64,000 nt of DNA from an uncultured Planctomycetota bacterium (GCA_963787325.1 CAWBCK010000001.1:156924-220923); one strand, 5' to 3'; counted from the stretch's first letter, positions 32,998-47,923 are shown. Numbers and translations: made by a program. The notes: generated by a model not told the origin, from the sequence alone.

Positions 32998-33014
32998 ATC
33001 CGCGAGGGTGGTCG

Positions 33015-35286
33015 TTACCTGGCTGCCGGTTTGTAGGTCTTCAGGTCCACCGGGGCGACGGTTGGGAAGCCCTCGCGTGTTCTGCGCCGGCCTGTCGTTT
33101 TCACGCCGTCGGCGTCGGCTGTCACGCAGACGCTGCTTTTCGCCTGGACCAGGGGCGTGCCGTTCCACGTCAGGTAGGTGCCTTCGCCGAGGGTGTAGCC
33201 GAGTATGCGATCGTTCTTCGTGCGGACCAGGGCCATCAGGGCATCAGTCCGGAGCGGGCCGGCGGTCAGGTCGGAGCCGCGCTGCTCGTAGACCTCTTCC
33301 GGCTGCCAGATGATGTGGTCGACGGTGCCGTCGGCGAAGCGGATCTCGGCGCCGTCAGCGGCCGGATTCTCACATTCGACGGGCATGGCTTTGACGGCCG
33401 GCCGGTCCTTCGCGTTGCGCTGGAGGGTGGCGATGGCGGCGTAGTGGGCCCTGGTGGTGTGCTGGGAGACGTCGATGCGTTGGAGGAATCGCGGGTGGTT
33501 CCTGCTGCGTTCGACGTTCTTGATCTTGCTGATGGTTACGGCTGGGGTCTGGGGGGTGATGAAGGCCAGGGCGCAGGAGCCCTTTTCGGCTGTCAGGACG
33601 ATCGGGTCGGCGGTGGTGCCCGTGCCGGTGATCTTCATGCTTTCGGGGGTGTACCATTGCCAGCGGTAGTCGTGGGGCGTCTCGCGGTACTCGTTGTCGT
33701 CGATGGCGACCATATACGGATTGGCGCCGGCCTTGACGAAGAGGAAGGCTCGTTCGGCGCGGAGAGCGGGGTTATCGGTGATGATCGTGTTATCGCGGTA
33801 GGACCATTTTGCGTCGCCTCGCATATAGTCGGCGAAGGGGCCGGTGACCAGGCCGGTCAGGACGCCCAAGGTCGAATTGCGATCGCCGCAGGAGGCGGTG
33901 GCGTGTCGGGGCCAGCCGCCGCCGTCGATGACGATCATGTTGTGTTCGTAATCGACGCAGTGGAGGTTGCTGCTATATGGGTAGAGCATCTCGTGGGTGG
34001 CGAAGAGGGTGCCGTACCCGCCCAGGAGGAATGAGTTCATATCGTAATGCTGATGGTTGCAGCGTTCGTAGCGGGTGACGAAGGTGAAGAAGGCGGCGTC
34101 GGGATCCTGCCATTTTGTCCGGCTGAAGAAGTAACCCTGCGCGGTTCCGCGTGACTTCAAAATACCTGGAAGGGGGAATGTCGAGGTCGGCCGGGCTTTC
34201 AGGCTTCACGTTCAGCGGATACCACAGGTACGTGACGAGATGGTCCAGCCAGCGGACGTTGACGTTCTTGCGCCACGTCCATAGCCCGGCGGCGTCGTGG
34301 GTCCGGCCGATGCCGAGAAGATACTCCGCCGCGAAGGTCCGCCGACCATAACTGGTGTTATCGCCGATGGGGGTGCAGCCGCCCTGCGGCATCCAGTCAT
34401 ACATCTGGTATTGCATAGTCCGAAGCGCGCCGGATTGCCCGAGCAGGTCGTCGCCGCCGGCCCGGCGCAGGGCCTGAGCGAACAGGGCCGTGTACTTGAG
34501 ACCGACGATGGAATAATTGGGACCCTCATAGCAGATACCGGAGGGCTTGAAGGTCGTGGGGAAGTAGTTCTGGCCGATCCGGCGGGTGGCCTCGCGGAGC
34601 CAGACCGCGGTGTTCGGATTGCTGGAGTCGCCCCTGATCGCCAGGGCGAGCGTGCCGATGCCGCCCATAGGGATGGCGCCGACGTTGTAGGACGCCTCCC
34701 GCCAGAACTGCTTGTTTGTATAATCGAAAGCGGTGCCGCACCAGTTCTCGAGGCCGGGCAGGATGGCGCCACGCTGCTGGACTGTCATATCCTCATAGAG
34801 CCAGTCCCACGCCAGCGCCAAGGCTCGCAGCGGCGCGCCGTGATCGTGAAAGTTACTGTCACTGTAAAACTTGTGCGGATCGACCTTGGCGAGGACTTCC
34901 TGTATGAGAACGATGGCTCGCTGAGTCATGGCAGGGTCATGCGTGACAGCCGCGATAAGCGCACGGGCTTCGAGCTGGCTCCACCACCTGTCGCGATGAC
35001 GGCGGCGAGCATCGCCGTCCGACCGGGCTGAGAACGCGTCAGGGTCGGCCGCTACCTTCGACAACCGGGTCCAGCAGTCCGCCAGAAGTGGATCCTTATC
35101 CTTTCGCTGAGCAATCGTCGGAATATCCGCCTTGGAGAAAAGCATGAAGGGATGCTGCGGGATGTTCTGTCGGGTCAGGCCGCAGGTGGTAATCTTCGTT
35201 GTAGGTTGCGAGCAGCCGGCGATGTAAGTGATCAGCAGAACAGCAACGGCGGCGGGAACGACAGGGCACGTCTTCGACAAACGCAT
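33015..35286 (-). CDS. heparinase II/III-like polysaccharide lyase (lipoprotein); frameshift near 34100-34160
   Basis: MRLSKTCPVVPAAVAVLLITYIAGC is a lipobox signal peptide. N-terminal alginate-lyase-like (alpha/alpha) toroid in ORF 33973..35487. Heparinase II/III C-terminal beta-sandwich in ORF 33015..34160. Confidence 0.75.
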
Positions 35287-35655
35287 GGGTACGTCCTTTC
35301 CGGTCGACTTAGCCGGGATATCGGTACGAGACTGGGATTCTACGGTTGCCGGGATCGGGCGGCAAGCATCACGGCTGAAGAGGTCAACAGGTGAAGCGAT
35401 GAAAGTGTGACAGCGGGACAAGCATCCATTTGGGGAAATTCTGCACGTAGTGAAGTGCTGTGGCGCAGGTACGGGGCTGCGGGGCACGTCAGGGCGGGCG
35501 AGAGTCGCGCGGCGGTGTTTCGGGTGCGCTTGACAGGGCGGGATATCCTTACTGTAGTAGTGGGATTCACTGGAATCGTCGGGCTGTCTGGAGGTGCGGT
35601 GTCATTACGGATCCGAATGATCAACACGCGTCGGGAAAGACCGGACCAAACCGCT

Positions 35656-36212
35656 ATGTCCTTAATGTCGTGGCGGAGGACCGGCCGGGAATCGTCGCGG
35701 CCGTCAGTGGGCGCGTGGCGGAACTCGGCGGCAATATCGAGGCAGTCAGCCAGACCGTTCTGGCGGGCCACTTCACGCTCATCATGATCGTGACGATGCC
35801 GCCGGCCGTGTCGGCCGAGACCCTGCGGGCGAGCGTCGCGGCGGCGGAAAGCGACCCTGCCTATGAGGTGCTGGTGCGGCCTGTCGCGGAGAATCTGCCG
35901 GCCGGGCGCCGGTCGGCAGTGATACGTTCGTGATCACGATCAGTGGTGATGAGAGGCCGGGATCGATCTTTCAGTTCTCGAGCTATCTTGCGGAAAAAGG
36001 GGTCAACATCACCGATCTCTACGGCGATACCCAGGCGGGGCGGTTCGTGCTGGTCAGTGAGGTGCAGGTGCCGCCGCAGTGGGATATCGGCATGCTCCAG
36101 GCGGACCTGGAACACCTGGGCCAGCAGACTCGGTTTCACGGTGCGGATGCAGCACGAAAACCTTTTCATGGCGACGAACGAATTGCGGCTCCGGCGAGAG
36201 ACGAGCCGATAA
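35656..36212 (+). CDS. tandem ACT-domain protein (GcvR-like / UPF0237-like), partner of UPF0210; 2-3 frameshifts; start uncertain
   Basis: RYVLNVVAEDRPGIVAAVSGRVAELGGNIEAVSQTVLAGHFTLIMIV (ACT 1) and VITISGDERPGSIFQFSSYLAEKGVNITDL (ACT 2). The end LGFTVRMQHENLFMATNELRLRRETSR* is in a third frame. ATG at 35656 gives MSL- followed by NVVAEDRPG if one base is missing there. Confidence 0.55.
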
Positions 36213-36227
36213 GGGATACATCCCCCC

Positions 36228-37605
36228 ATGCTGAAAACTGATCAGATCCTTTCGACCATCCAGATGCTTCAGGCCGAGAACCTCGACCTGCGCACGGTAA
36301 CCATGGGCATCAACATCAACGACTGCGCCGGGCCGGACATCAACCTGGTCTGCCGGAAGGTCCGAGAGAAGATCCGGGCCAAGGCGTGCCGGCTGGTCGA
36401 GGTGTGCGACCGCGTCGGACGCAAGTACGGCGTGCCCGTGACAAACAAGCGACTGGCGATCTCGCCGGTGAGCGATCTGCTGGCCGGACACGGGCCGCAG
36501 GCAGGGCTTCAGATCGCCACGGCGCTGGATACGACGGTTGCGGAACTGGGGATCGACCTGGTCGGTGGTTTCACGGCGCTGGTGCAGAAAGGGATTACCT
36601 CGGCCGATGCGACGTTGCTGGAGTCGCTGCCTGCCGTGCTGGCGAAGACGAAGCGGGTCTGCGCTTCGGTGAACGTGGCAACGACGCGGGCGGGGATCAA
36701 CATGGACGCGGTCCGGCAGCTGGGGCAACTGCTGCCGCGTATCGCCCAGGCGACGGCTGACCAGAACGGCTTCGGTGCGGCGAAACTCGTGATCTTCGCC
36801 AACATCCCGGAAGACAACCCCTTCATGGCCGGCGGCGTACCTGGGGGCGGGCGAGCCGGAAGTCGTTATCAACGTCGGCGTCAGCGGCCCGGGCGTGGTC
36901 TCCTCGGCGCTTCGCCGTAAGATCGAAACGAGCAGGCACAAGCTCACTCTTTTGGAGCTGGCCGAAGAGATCAAGATCACGGCATTCCGCGTGACACGGG
37001 CAGGCGAGCTGATCGGCCGGGAGGTCGCAGCCGAACTGGGCGTGCCGTTCGGCATCGTCGATCTGTCGCTGGCGCCGACGCCGAAGATCGGCGACAGCAT
37101 CGGCGAGATCCTGAAGGTCCTGGGCATCGAGGCGATCGGTGCGCCGGGCTCGACGGCCGCCGTGGCGATGCTCAACGACGCGGTCAAAAAGGGCGGCACG
37201 TTCGCCAGCCAGTCGGTCGGCGGGCTCTCCGGGGCGTTCATCCCGGTAGCCGAGGACGCGGCCCTGGCGGAGGCGGTGCAGGCCGGGCAACTGACGCTCG
37301 AAAAACTCGAGGCGATGACCTGCGTGTGCAGCGTGGGCCTGGACATGGTGGTCATCCCCGGCGATACCCCGCCGGCAACGATCGCGGCACTGATCGCCGA
37401 CGAGATGGCGATCGGCGTCATCAACTCCAAAACGACGGCGGCCCGGCTGATCCCGGCACCCGGCAAGAAGGCCGGCGACGTCGTCGAGTTCGGTGGGCTT
37501 TTCGGCGCGGCGCCGGTCATCGAAGTGAGGAATCCGGGAACTTCCTCCGGGTTCATCGACTTCGGCGGCCGGATTCCTCCGCCGATCCATAGCCTCCGTA
37601 ACTGA
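36228..37605 (+). CDS. UPF0210 / DUF711 (PFL-like) protein; frameshift near 36860
   Basis: [30 protein letters not shown]... is the conserved UPF0210 N-terminus. The C-terminal half is collinear in ORF 36895..37605. Confidence 0.8.
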
Positions 37606-37671
37606 CGCCTCAACTGCCTTACTGCATAGGTTTCTTTGGGTTACGGCCACGGCTACAACCATAGCACAAAG

Positions 37672-37694
37672 GCAACCGCAGAAGGCGCAAAAGG
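37672..37694. repeat. 23-bp exact repeat copy B (caaccgcagaaggcgcaaaaggc)
   Basis: Identical to 30226..30248. Confidence 0.8.
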
Positions 37695-38113
37695 CGCCTA
37701 AAAAACATCTTCGCGTACGCCAGTCTTTGGGCTGCGACCAAAGACGACATCCTGCGGCGCGAACGGAGCAGCGAAGGATCGAACCGGCGCCCCTGCCCAC
37801 GGCGCTACCAGCGGGACATCGGTAACGTTCGGTCGCAAGGCGTGTCAGGACGGCTGCCACATTGGCACAGGCGCCACCGGCCATCAATGCAGGGTCTGTC
37901 ACTGCGGCAGAATCCAAATCGAACGGGTCGCGAATACGGCTGCTGTAAGTCATGTTGGCGTAGCCAGTTACGGCTGTTCGAAAAATGTCTTCGCTCTGGC
38001 ATTCCGTTTGCTTACCAAGGCTGTTGAAAGGCGCGGATGTTGTCTATCTTGACAGGCAGTGCAGCCTTTATGACTCGGCGTAACAGCGTTCGGCTAAAAA
38101 GGAGGTAGCGTCA

Positions 38114-39826
<1,713 letters not shown>

Positions 39827-39920
39827 CCACCTTCCAGTGCTGCGTCCCGAGTACTGAGTGCTGGGTTAAGTACATAAAAACAAGATAAGGCTCTTTAAGA
39901 GAAACGGGAGAAAAACAGAT

Positions 39921-40235
39921 ATGGCAACTGCCAGTGCGAAGGTCAAGACGATTCGGCCCCTGGATGATCGGCTTGTTGTGAAACCCTCGGAGCCGGAGGA
40001 GAAGACGGCTGGAGGGATCGTGCTGCCGGATACCGCGAAGGAAAAGCCGCAGCGCGGCGAGGTGACGGCGACGGGGCCGGGTAAGCTTCTCGACAGCGGC
40101 AGCCGGGCGGCGATGCTGGTGAAAGTCGGCGACCTGGTGATGTACGGCAAGTACAGCGGCACGGAGATCGAAGTGGCAGGAGAGAAGCTGGTGATCCTGC
40201 GCGAGAGCGACGTGCTGGCGGTGGTCGAGAAGTAA
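39921..40235 (+). CDS. groS: co-chaperonin GroES
   Basis: 104 aa; mobile loop EEKTAGGIVLPD. Confidence 0.95.
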   Translation: MATASAKVKTIRPLDDRLVVKPSEPEEKTAGGIVLPDTAKEKPQRGEVTATGPGKLLDSGSRAAMLVKVGDLVMYGKYSGTEIEVAGEKLVILRESDVLAVVEK

Positions 40236-40330
40236 GAGGTCCTCACGAGTTGGACCGCCCGGCGCTGCGGCGATCGCGTGATGCGGGTCTGTCGATGCCG
40301 GGGCGGTTGACGCGATGTACATACAGATGA

Positions 40331-41977
<1,647 letters not shown>

Positions 41978-41989
41978 TAAAGCATGCCA

Positions 41990-42019
41990 GGGGCGGACGC
42001 GGCCAAACGTGTCCGCCCC
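41990..42019 (+). terminator. GC-rich hairpin downstream of groEL2 (9-bp stem ggggcggac/gtccgcccc, 12-nt loop), no U-tract
   Basis: Perfect inverted repeat 27 nt after the stop codon. Confidence 0.4.
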
Positions 42020-42060
42020 TGTGCGCAGTCTCCGGGTGTAGCGGTTTTGACGGGAAAGCC

Positions 42061-42066
42061 TATAAT
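42061..42066 (+). promoter_or_regulatory. perfect TATAAT -10 hexamer about 80 bp upstream of dnaJ
   Basis: ...gttttgacgggaaagccTATAATcagcc; the -35 is not convincing. Confidence 0.3.
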
Positions 42067-42148
42067 CAGCCGTTTGAGGTTTGCCGGTGGTGAGCAGTGC
42101 GTGGCGCTCGCCCGGCGAGCGGCTCGCACTTAGCGCAGAAGTGAGTCA

Positions 42149-43354
42149 GTGGCAACGAAACGAGATTACTACGAAGTTCTGGGCGTGGCACGCTCGGCTG
42201 GGCCGGACCAGATCAAGAAGGCATACCGGCAGGCTGCGCTGAAATATCATCCCGACCGCAATCGCAACGATCCCGAGGCCGAGAAGAAGTTCAAGGAAGC
42301 CGCTGAGGCCTACGAGGTCCTGTCCGACGAACACAAGCGGGCCATCTACGACAAGTATGGTCATGCGGGTCTGAGCGGGCAGGGGGTGCATGACTTTTCG
42401 TCGATGAACCCGTCCGACATCTTTTCGATGTTCGGGCTGGACAGCATCTTCGACGCGTTCTTCGGCGGTCGGGGCGGCCGGCCTCGCCAGCACCGCGGCG
42501 CGGACCTGGAAGTCGGCGTCGAACTCGAACTGGAAGAGGTGATCACCGGCGCGGAACGGGCGGTCGAGTTCGACCGGGCCGATTTCTGCGATCATTGCGG
42601 CGGCCGAGGAGCAGAGCCGGGCACACCGCTGCAGACGTGTCAGACGTGCGGTGGCTATGGGCAGGTGGAGCAGGCGGCTGGTTTCGGTGGGCTGCTGGGA
42701 CGGATCGTAACGACGTGTCCGAACTGTCGCGGGACGGGCAAGATCGTCAAGGAACGCTGCCGGACGTGCAGCGGCCGCGGCATGAAGATGCAGCATCGGC
42801 AACTGCAGGTGCGTTTGCCGGCGGGCATCCATGACGGCCAGAGCGTTCGGATCCGGGGCGAGGGTGAGCCGAGCGAGGACGGCGGGCCGCGAGGGGATGT
42901 CTACTGCCGAGTGCGTGTCAAGCCGCATCCGTTCCTGCAACGGCATAACAATGACGTGGTGCTTCGCCTGCCGATCAGCTTCACGCAGGCGACGTTAGGG
43001 GCGGAACTTGAGGTGCCGACGCTTCGGGGCAAGTCGAAACTGACGATCCCGCATGGCACGCAGTACGGCGAGACGTTCCGCATGAAGGGCGAGGGCCTGC
43101 CCGATCTGCACAGCAAACGGGTAGGTGACCAGATCGCCCAGGTCATCGTCGAACTGCCTCGAAAACTCACCAAACAACAGGAAAGATTACTTAGGGAATT
43201 CGCCGAGACCGAGGATGACCAGGTCATGCCGGCAGCCAAGGGCGTCATGGACAGGATCAAGGATATCTTCAGCGGCACGAGCCATGAGCATCACGGTCAT
43301 CACGGCACGGACGAATCGGCCGAGCGGCAGGACCTGGACCGGTCAGACGTCTAG
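42149..43354 (+). CDS. dnaJ: molecular chaperone DnaJ
   Basis: J-domain with HPD, G/F-rich region, 4x CxxCxGxG zinc finger, C-terminal domains. Confidence 0.95.
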   Translation: MATKRDYYEVLGVARSAGPDQIKKAYRQAALKYHPDRNRNDPEAEKKFKEAAEAYEVLSDEHKRAIYDKYGHAGLSGQGVHDFSSMNPSDIFSMFGLDSIFDAFFGGRGGRPRQHRGADLEVGVELELEEVITGAERAVEFDRADFCDHCGGRGAEPGTPLQTCQTCGGYGQVEQAAGFGGLLGRIVTTCPNCRGTGKIVKERCRTCSGRGMKMQHRQLQVRLPAGIHDGQSVRIRGEGEPSEDGGPRGDVYCRVRVKPHPFLQRHNNDVVLRLPISFTQATLGAELEVPTLRGKSKLTIPHGTQYGETFRMKGEGLPDLHSKRVGDQIAQVIVELPRKLTKQQERLLREFAETEDDQVMPAAKGVMDRIKDIFSGTSHEHHGHHGTDESAERQDLDRSDV

Positions 43355-43374
43355 CGAAGGCGCAGGAGAGTGTA

Positions 43375-43929
43375 ATGGCGGAAGGACCTGAAAAACCGGT
43401 AGACAGCGAGTCGGAGCAGACGCCTGAGCAGGGTCGCGAGGAACTGCTCGAACAGATAGAAACCCTGCAGCAGGAACTGGACGCGGCGAAGGACAAATAC
43501 CTGCGATCGTTGGCGGACTGTCAGAATATCCAGAAGCGCTTCGCTGCGGAGCGGCAGGATGCCGTAAACCGTGGGCAGGCGGAAATGGCCAAGGCCCTGC
43601 TGGCAGTGCTGGACAACTTCGAGCGGACGCTGCAGGCGGCGGAGGAATCGGAGAACGCCGAGGCCCTGATCCAGGGCGTGCGGATGATTCAGGAGCAGAC
43701 GCTGAAGACACTGGGCGAGTTCGGACTGCGGCGGATGGAGGTGGCCAGGGGCGATCCGTTCAATCCTGTCCAGGAGCAGGCCGTCGCCCACCAGCCGAGC
43801 GACGAGGTGGAGGCGGGACACATCCTGCACGTCGCGCAGCCCGGTTACACCTTGGGCGAGATGATGCTTCGGCCGGCAACGGTGGTTGTTGCCAGGCCGG
43901 TCGAGCAGAATGCGGAAACACAGGAGTAG
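43375..43929 (+). CDS. grpE: nucleotide exchange factor GrpE
   Basis: 184 aa; GrpE coiled-coil plus beta-domain (…FNPVQEQAVAHQPSDEVEAGHILHVAQPGYTLGEMMLRPATVVV). Confidence 0.9.
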   Translation: MAEGPEKPVDSESEQTPEQGREELLEQIETLQQELDAAKDKYLRSLADCQNIQKRFAAERQDAVNRGQAEMAKALLAVLDNFERTLQAAEESENAEALIQGVRMIQEQTLKTLGEFGLRRMEVARGDPFNPVQEQAVAHQPSDEVEAGHILHVAQPGYTLGEMMLRPATVVVARPVEQNAETQE

Positions 43930-43935
43930 ATGTCG

Positions 43936-44286
43936 ATGCCGACATATGAGTATCGCTGTGATGCGTGTGGTCATACGTTCGAGGAGTTTCAGTCGATCAC
44001 AGCGGAGCCGATCAAGGTGTGCCCCGAGTGCCACGAGCGTAAGGTCCGCCGGCTGATCGGTACGGGGGCGGCGCTGCTGTTCAAGGGCAACGGGTTCTAC
44101 AGCACGGACTACCGCAGCCCGACCTACAACAAGGCCGCCAAGGCTGAAGCGTCGACGTCGTCGGGCAGCGCCGGCAAGGACGGCGGCAGCAGCAACGGTG
44201 GCAGCCAGAACGGGACCGGGGGCAAGTCGAGCGATTCCGGCAGCAGTGGCGCGACCAAGAGCGCCGGCGCCGGGGATGCCAAATAG
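43936..44286 (+). CDS. FmdB-family zinc-ribbon protein (CxxC_CxxC_SSSS)
   Basis: MPTYEYRCDACGHTFE...CPECH followed by a Ser/Gly-rich tail. Confidence 0.8.
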   Translation: MPTYEYRCDACGHTFEEFQSITAEPIKVCPECHERKVRRLIGTGAALLFKGNGFYSTDYRSPTYNKAAKAEASTSSGSAGKDGGSSNGGSQNGTGGKSSDSGSSGATKSAGAGDAK

Positions 44287-44334
44287 GGTCGAAGCCAATG
44301 ACCTTCGGCGCGTGGCTTGTGACCCTGGGAAGCG

Positions 44335-44553
44335 GTGACTATGCCTCATATCGTCTGTCCAACATGTCGCAAGAGGGTCGAATACACGGACCTGAAGGAG
44401 ATCCCGCAGCGGCCGTTCTGCAGTGAACGCTGCAAGATGGTCGATCTGGGCAGGTGGCTCAACGAGGAATATCGCGTCAGTGAGCCGCTGGCCGGCGAGA
44501 CGGAACTGCCGGACGGGGTTCCGTCAAAACAGGATGGGTCTCAAGAGGGTTGA
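44335..44553 (+). CDS. yacG: DNA gyrase inhibitor YacG (zinc-binding)
   Basis: CPTC...RPFCSERCKMVDLGRW signature. Confidence 0.8.
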   Translation: MTMPHIVCPTCRKRVEYTDLKEIPQRPFCSERCKMVDLGRWLNEEYRVSEPLAGETELPDGVPSKQDGSQEG

Positions 44554-44939
44554 CGTTTTCGCATCGTGTGTGCTAAACCTTTGTATAAAAGAGGACCGGG
44601 GAGTCGTGCGCGCCGGTCGGCGTGGCCTGCCATGGATGCTGCCGGCGGTGCGGTTGCCGTTGATCTGGACGACCTCAAAGAGGGCGGTCTGGCGATAACT
44701 TTTTATGCAGCGGATGGTTGCGGAAATCAGAGGTTTGCGAGCAGATAATGGCGGAACGGTTGCGGGGGCCGCGACGCCATTTATAATGGCGACTGGATTT
44801 GGCATGACCAAAGTGCCGGCTATGTTCTGTCGGGCAAGTCTGGATTGGTTGTACGTGCACTGCACAAGTGCAGGAGCATGTACTCGATAGCGCGTTGATT
44901 TCAGGGCAAACGACTCGTGGGCATTAAGGAGCGCGTCTC

Positions 44940-46596
44940 ATGGCACAGGAGCAATTGGTGCTTCGGCGGATCGACTGGAACGAGACTTTTGCGTTTACCC
45001 GGCTGTTCGGCGGGTTCAGGTCCGCGCAGCACTCGACGAAGATCGTCCTGGCGCTGGCTGGGCTGTTCCTGACATTCTTCGCGGGCTGCTTGCTCGATTC
45101 CATCTGGGTCCACTCGGGGCAGGGCGTCTGGCCGACCGAGGTCCGCAGCTATTACGCGGCCAGCAACAGCGGCGCGTTCCGCGAATGGTCGGCTCGCGAG
45201 TACCAGGTACAGGTGGCCCTGCTGGCCCAGCAGTACAACCCGGCGATCACGCCGAGCTGGATCCGCAGCCGGAGCGTGCAGGCCGCCTTGGACGATGTGC
45301 GTGCCCGTATCCTGGCCAAGCCTACCACTGCCGCTGACCAGACGAGCCGGGCGACGGCGTTGCAGCAGGTGGCGGCGCTGGAGCCGGTCGGCCCGTTCAT
45401 GGGGTTCATCAAGTTCGAGTCCGGCCAGATCGGCAACATGATCCTGGCCGCCGCGCAGTTCCGGTTTACCGACGGCCTGAACCAGGTGATCTCCGCGCAT
45501 TCGATGGGGCAGGCGTCGCTGGGGCTGGAGCATCCGGGAGTGCTGGGGTCGATCGTCCTGATGTGGTCCGGGCTCGTGTGGCTGCTTCGCGAGCACTGGT
45601 TCTTCGCGCTGCTGTTCGTGCCGATCGCGCTGGCGATCTGGGCGGTGGCTGGCGGCGGTATCTGCCGGGCAGCGTATCCTGCAATTCGCCAAGGATGAAC
45701 GGATCGGGATTCGCGAGGCAGTGCAGTTCGGCCTGCGGAAGTTCTGGGGATTCTTCTTCGCGCCGCTGGTCTGCCTGGTGTTCATCGTGGCGGTCGGGCT
45801 GATGCTGACGGCTGGCGGGCTGATCGGCAACATTCCGTTCGTCGGCGACATCCTCATGGGTGTGCTCTGGTTCCTGGCGCTGCTGGGCGGCCTGGCGATC
45901 GCGTTCATCACGATCGGGACACTGGCTGGCGGCAGCCTGTTCGCACCGGTGATTGCAGCCGAGGGCTCGGACGCGTTTGACGCGATCAGCCGCGGGTTTG
46001 TGTATGTGTACAGCCGGCCGTGGAAGTCGCTGCTGTATGGCCTGACCCTGGTCATCTACGGGAGCCTGTGCTACCTGTTCCTGCGGTTCTTCGTGTGGGT
46101 AATGCTGGCGGCCACGCATGCGTTCGTCGGACTCGGTCTGCTGGGCAGTCGGGCCTATGCGGGTGCCGGAGCGGACAAGCTCGACGTGGTCTGGCGGATG
46201 CCGACGTTCATGGATCTTCGGCCCCACGGCTTCGATTTCTATGGCCTCAGCGTGATGGGGGCCGGCGAGGTCCTTCTGGCGGTGTTCATTACGATCTGGG
46301 TTTACCTGGTCTGGGGCCTGCTGCAGTCGTGGCTGCTTTCGTTCTATTTCAGTGGAAGCAGCATGGCGTATCTGCTGCTGCGTAAGGACGTCGATGCGAT
46401 CGAGATCGACGAGATCTACATGGAAGAAGAGCCTGCAGCCGAAGCCGAGCCCAGCGAGCCGGCGCCGGCAGAGACCAAGCCCGCTGGTGAGACGGCAGGG
46501 ACGGCGCCCACCGCTGTCGAGCCGCCGTCAGCCAGCGATGCGGAGCCGGTCACGCCGCCGCCGTCCTCAGGCGATGCAGGCGGTGGCAACGACTGA
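44940..46596 (+). CDS. polytopic membrane protein of unknown function with an acidic Pro/Glu-rich C-terminal tail; frameshift near 45650
   Basis: ORFs 44940..45698 and 45721..46596 are collinear (the alternate frame reads ...QRILQFAKDERIGIREAVQFGLRKFW...). At least 8 predicted TM segments. Confidence 0.55.
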
Positions 46597-46756
46597 CGAT
46601 TCGTTGGTTGTAGTAGTGACGGAACCTGACACAGCCGAGCCGGAGCGATCCGGCTCGGCTGATTGCATAGAAGGATCGCTTAAGGTTGTGGCTTCTGCGG
46701 TCCCTGGCGGGGTCGAGAGTAGAAACCAGCGCGGCCGTTCCGACTTGCGTCCTGCG

Positions 46757-47923
46757 TTATTGCCTGTCGGCACTTCGGGGCTTGTTCGGATAGCCGTGCT
46801 GTAAGTCTTCGGCATCCCCGGTGTGATCGAAAAGAGCAGAATATGTATCCAGGCAGAAGCGGTCGGTCATGCCGGCGAGGTAGTCGCAGATCACGCGATG
46901 CAAACCATGTTGCTCGATGCGGCGCAGATATCGCGGCGGCAGCAGGCCGGGCTCGGCTGCGTATGTTTCGAACAATGAGCGTATGACAACCCGCGCCTTC
47001 TCGTCCATCGCGGCGACCCGGCTGTGCTTGTATGCCCGTTCATGCAGGAACGTCTCGTGCTGCTGCAACAGGGCTTCCATATCAGGGGAGAAGCAGACGA
47101 CGCTGCTTTCTGCGCGGCAAAAGGCCTCCCAGGACGCATCGGAGAACCCGTGCAGGTTCTGCCGCGTCTGGTCGGCCAGATCCTGCATCAGCAGAAAGGC
47201 CAGATTGTCGAGGATCTGACGCCGTACGGCTGGCAGCGGTGCTTCCGGCCAGGCACGCCGGACAGGATCTGCGGCCTGCCGCCAGAGGGTGATTTCCTGC
47301 AGGTCTCTTTCCGTTACGAGGTCGGCGCCGATGGCGTCCTCGACATCATGCACATCGTAGGCGATGCGGTCAGCCTGCGAGACGATCTGGCCTTCCAGCG
47401 GCTGCTCGTGCCAATCGCCGGGCAAATCGCCGCGGGCATCTTCAGCCGGTGGTCCCGAATGCAGCAGGTGTGACCAGCGGATCACGTTGGCCAGGTTCAG
47501 GCCGTAAAACGAGCGATAGGGGTGCTCCAGCAGGTCGATCACGCGAAGGGCCTGCATGTTGTGGTCGAAGCCGCCATCGGACTGCATTAACTCGTGCAAT
47601 GCGGCCTCCCCGGCGTGGCCGAAGGGTGGATGGCCCAGGTCGTGCACGGTTGCCATGACCTCCGCCAGCCGGTCGTTCAGCCCCAACTGGCTTGCCAGCA
47701 GACGGGCGACCTGTGCGACCTCCAGGGTGTGAGTCAGACGGGTGCGGTAGTGGTCGCCCGTGTCCACGACAAAGACCTGGGTCTTGCGGAGGCGGCGAAA
47801 GGCGGAGCAGTTGAACACCCGCCAGCGATCCTTGAAGAAGCCCGGCAGCAATGGTTCAGAGGCATCGTCGTGATGCGGCCTGTCGTCGGCCAGTGAGTCA
47901 GGGATGGCGAAAGGCGATGGCAT
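46757..47923 (-). CDS. dGTP triphosphohydrolase-like HD-domain protein
   Basis: HD motif (THTLEVAQVARLL...HDLGHPPFGH); dGTPase family, 388 aa. Confidence 0.85.
   Translation of the reverse strand: MPSPFAIPDSLADDRPHHDDASEPLLPGFFKDRWRVFNCSAFRRLRKTQVFVVDTGDHYRTRLTHTLEVAQVARLLASQLGLNDRLAEVMATVHDLGHPPFGHAGEAALHELMQSDGGFDHNMQALRVIDLLEHPYRSFYGLNLANVIRWSHLLHSGPPAEDARGDLPGDWHEQPLEGQIVSQADRIAYDVHDVEDAIGADLVTERDLQEITLWRQAADPVRRAWPEAPLPAVRRQILDNLAFLLMQDLADQTRQNLHGFSDASWEAFCRAESSVVCFSPDMEALLQQHETFLHERAYKHSRVAAMDEKARVVIRSLFETYAAEPGLLPPRYLRRIEQHGLHRVICDYLAGMTDRFCLDTYSALFDHTGDAEDLQHGYPNKPRSADRQ

Noticed and set aside
37760-37840. tRNA-like T-loop sequence (GGTTCGATCC on the minus strand)
   Set aside because: The flanking bases do not form a T-stem, acceptor stem or anticodon arm, so no cloverleaf can be drawn. 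It is either coincidence or a badly damaged fragment and is not reported as a tRNA.
39827-39920. Possible CIRCE/HAIR heat-shock operator upstream of groES, groEL1 or groEL2
   Set aside because: Only direct, not inverted, repeats are present (cagtgctg...gagtgctg). There is no TTAGCACTC-N9-GAGTGCTAA and no CTTGAGT-N7-ACTCAAG.
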